Source of the DNA: Candidatus Kaiserbacteria bacterium
GTDB taxonomy: Bacteria; Patescibacteriota; Minisyncoccia; Phycocordibacterales; UBA918
Assembly (NCBI GenBank): GCA_016699245.1
Contig: CP064968.1
Location: 640,317 to 704,316, forward strand
Direction of reading: 5' to 3'
DNA: 64,000 bases
Positions 62,558-64,000 of this stretch are shown here, piece by piece. The notes under the pieces are model-generated. The model ran no database searches. It was not told the DNA's origin and was given only the letters and a program-made list of their open reading frames with translations. Position 1 is the stretch's first letter; each line of letters starts with the position of its first letter. The translations under genes and the position numbers were made by a program.

Positions 62558-63088
62558 CTATACGGGTGTCTCTTCTGCAGGGACTTCTTCTGATTGAGAT
62601 GTTTCTGGTGGAGTCTCGGTTGCTGATTCTTCTCCTGATACTGTTGTCTCAGAAGTAGTACTTGCGGATGCATCCGTAGTAGTTGCGGGAATTTCTTCTA
62701 CAACAGGCACCTGCTCAGGGGGAGTACCCTGAGGAACGAGACCGCCATTTGGCAAATTTTGTAATGCGGGGTTACCGACATTCACTTGCTCACCAGTACC
62801 GTTTTCGGCATTAACTTGATTTGATTCAGTAATAGTTGCAGACACGTTGATGGCGCCACTATCTGAACGTCCTATCATCACTGCACTCCCAATCACTAAA
62901 ACTCCCACACCCACAAGTCCCGCAATGAATCCAGGCGTGAGTGTGTGAGAAGAACGTGTAGGTGCTTCTACTACAGATTTTTTAGAGACACGTGGCATAG
63001 CAATATATGTATAGTAGTATAACACTATATCAAACACTGCAAAGTATAATATGCCAAATACACACATGGGTGTATGGTACAATTTCAC
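62558..63088 (-). CDS. Hypothetical membrane-anchored protein with acidic Thr/Glu/Pro-rich tail
   Basis: Single TM; low-complexity C-terminus. Confidence 0.35.
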   Translation of the reverse strand: MKLYHTPMCVFGILYFAVFDIVLYYYTYIAMPRVSKKSVVEAPTRSSHTLTPGFIAGLVGVGVLVIGSAVMIGRSDSGAINVSATITESNQVNAENGTGEQVNVGNPALQNLPNGGLVPQGTPPEQVPVVEEIPATTTDASASTTSETTVSGEESATETPPETSQSEEVPAEETPV

Positions 63089-63250
63089 CTATGAAAGCCA
63101 TTTTTATTGCAATTGCACTCTTTGTTGGACTGTACTTCCTCAATGCTCTCCTCAGTTCGCAGGGGTAGAATGCAATGTTGCGTATTGTAGTGGTATATGG
63201 TACATTTTTAGGCATCCGAGAGAGCAGATGCTCTCTTTGTTTTTATAACC

Positions 63251-63781
63251 TTGAAAGTAGATTCCGTACGTATTAATCAATCAATTAGAGCGAAAGAGCT
63301 TCGTGTAATTGGTGCGAATGGCGAAAATCTTGGTGTACTCCCTACACCAGAGGCGCTTGCTGCAGCAGTTGAAGCAAATCTCGACCTTATTGAAATATCC
63401 CCAAATGCGCAACCCCCTGTTGCGAAAATAATGGATTATGGAAAATACCAATACGAAATCAACAAAAAAGCCAAGGAAGTAAAGGCTAAATCACACGTTA
63501 CCGAAACCAAATGTGTACAGGTAAAGATTGGGACTGGAGACAATGACCTCAATTTGAAGGCAAAACGCACAGCGGAGTGGCTTACGGAGGGACATCGAGT
63601 CAAAGTTGACCTTTTCCTCTGGGGACGCTACAAATACATGGAAGAAGGGTTCCTCAAGGAACGTCTTGAACGCTTCTTGAAAATAATCCCCACTGAGTAT
63701 AAAATAGCCGACGAAATGAAACGAAGTCCCAAAGGCTTTACGACCACACTTGAACGTGTAGCAAAGCAGAAAAGTGCCTAG
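63251..63781 (+). CDS. infC: Translation initiation factor IF-3
   Basis: Conserved IF-3 N- and C-domains. The true start is likely an upstream non-ATG codon. Confidence 0.85.
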   Translation: MKVDSVRINQSIRAKELRVIGANGENLGVLPTPEALAAAVEANLDLIEISPNAQPPVAKIMDYGKYQYEINKKAKEVKAKSHVTETKCVQVKIGTGDNDLNLKAKRTAEWLTEGHRVKVDLFLWGRYKYMEEGFLKERLERFLKIIPTEYKIADEMKRSPKGFTTTLERVAKQKSA

Positions 63782-63810
63782 CGCGATACCACCGAATTAG
63801 AGAAATATTT

Positions 63811-63999
63811 ATGATAAAAACAAACAAATCGTACACGAAGCGTATCAAAGTTACCAAAAATGGTAAACTCATCGCGCGTAAGCCGGGACGCAACCACTTC
63901 AATGCGAAGCAATCTGGTCGCACACGTCAGGAGCGTCGTCGTACACAAGAACTCACTATGACGCCACGCGCTAAGAATCGTTTTCTCGCTAACGCATAA
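63811..63999 (+). CDS. rpmI: 50S ribosomal protein L35
   Basis: 62 aa, highly basic. Canonical infC-rpmI order. Confidence 0.8.
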   Translation: MIKTNKSYTKRIKVTKNGKLIARKPGRNHFNAKQSGRTRQERRRTQELTMTPRAKNRFLANA

Positions 64000-64000
64000 C

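Overview
This 64 kb window looks like a compact, gene-dense bacterial chromosome segment of about 45% GC. Its gene content is reminiscent of a small-genome, fermentative lineage such as CPR/Patescibacteria: GatCA, phosphoketolase plus acetate kinase, a large type IV pilus locus with ComF and many small secreted or membrane proteins. That lineage call is an inference, not something read directly from the sequence. The main blocks are listed here in order.

- **1-3.9 kb:** gatC-gatA and ligA.
- **3.9-16.6 kb:** a near-complete minus-strand type IV pilus operon. It runs pilM-pilN-pilO-small membrane protein-pilB-CheY-like regulator-pilT-pilC-two tandem pilA paralogs-pilD-four minor pilins. A REP-associated tyrosine transposase (RAYT) gene flanked by REP-like palindromes sits between pilA and pilD. 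A truncated comF lies just downstream.
- **17.3-17.6 kb:** tRNA-Ser(GCT) followed by a duplicated 24-nt tRNA 3' fragment.
- **17.7-27.8 kb:** housekeeping and accessory genes, including rsgA, an ECF sigma factor, malic enzyme and recG.
- **27.9-36.4 kb:** an unusual lipid/acyl-carrier cluster, which I consider the best candidate for an undescribed system. It encodes a LuxI/FeeM/OlsB-like N-acyltransferase with a dedicated ACP and a Sfp-type PPTase, a PlsC/OlsA-like acyltransferase, two SGNH lipases and a ThiF-family E1-like protein. The cluster also contains a class-3 aldehyde dehydrogenase whose catalytic Glu is replaced by Gln, a TtuA-like PP-loop ATPase and a stand-alone thioester reductase.
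- **36.4-37.4 kb:** a candidate promoter-to-terminator structured small RNA, a tRNA-Ile with the unusual TAT anticodon, and an abutting HTH/LAGLIDADG-like ORF.
- **37.6-44.8 kb:** a tandemly duplicated HlyD-adaptor/FtsX-permease/ABC-ATPase exporter module.
- **45.0-48.9 kb:** ftsH, a DedA-like membrane protein, smpB and tmRNA.
- **48.9-56.7 kb:** a compositionally heterogeneous accessory region starting right after tmRNA. It holds DUF1801 proteins, an ArsR regulator, SRPBCC and VOC-family proteins, an HD-domain protein and hypotheticals.
- **56.8-64.0 kb:** a two-component system, a bacterial SET-domain protein, ackA, phosphoketolase, infC and rpmI.

No CRISPR array and no rRNA gene were seen. 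All functional calls rest on motif-level reading of the supplied translations and have not been checked by database search.
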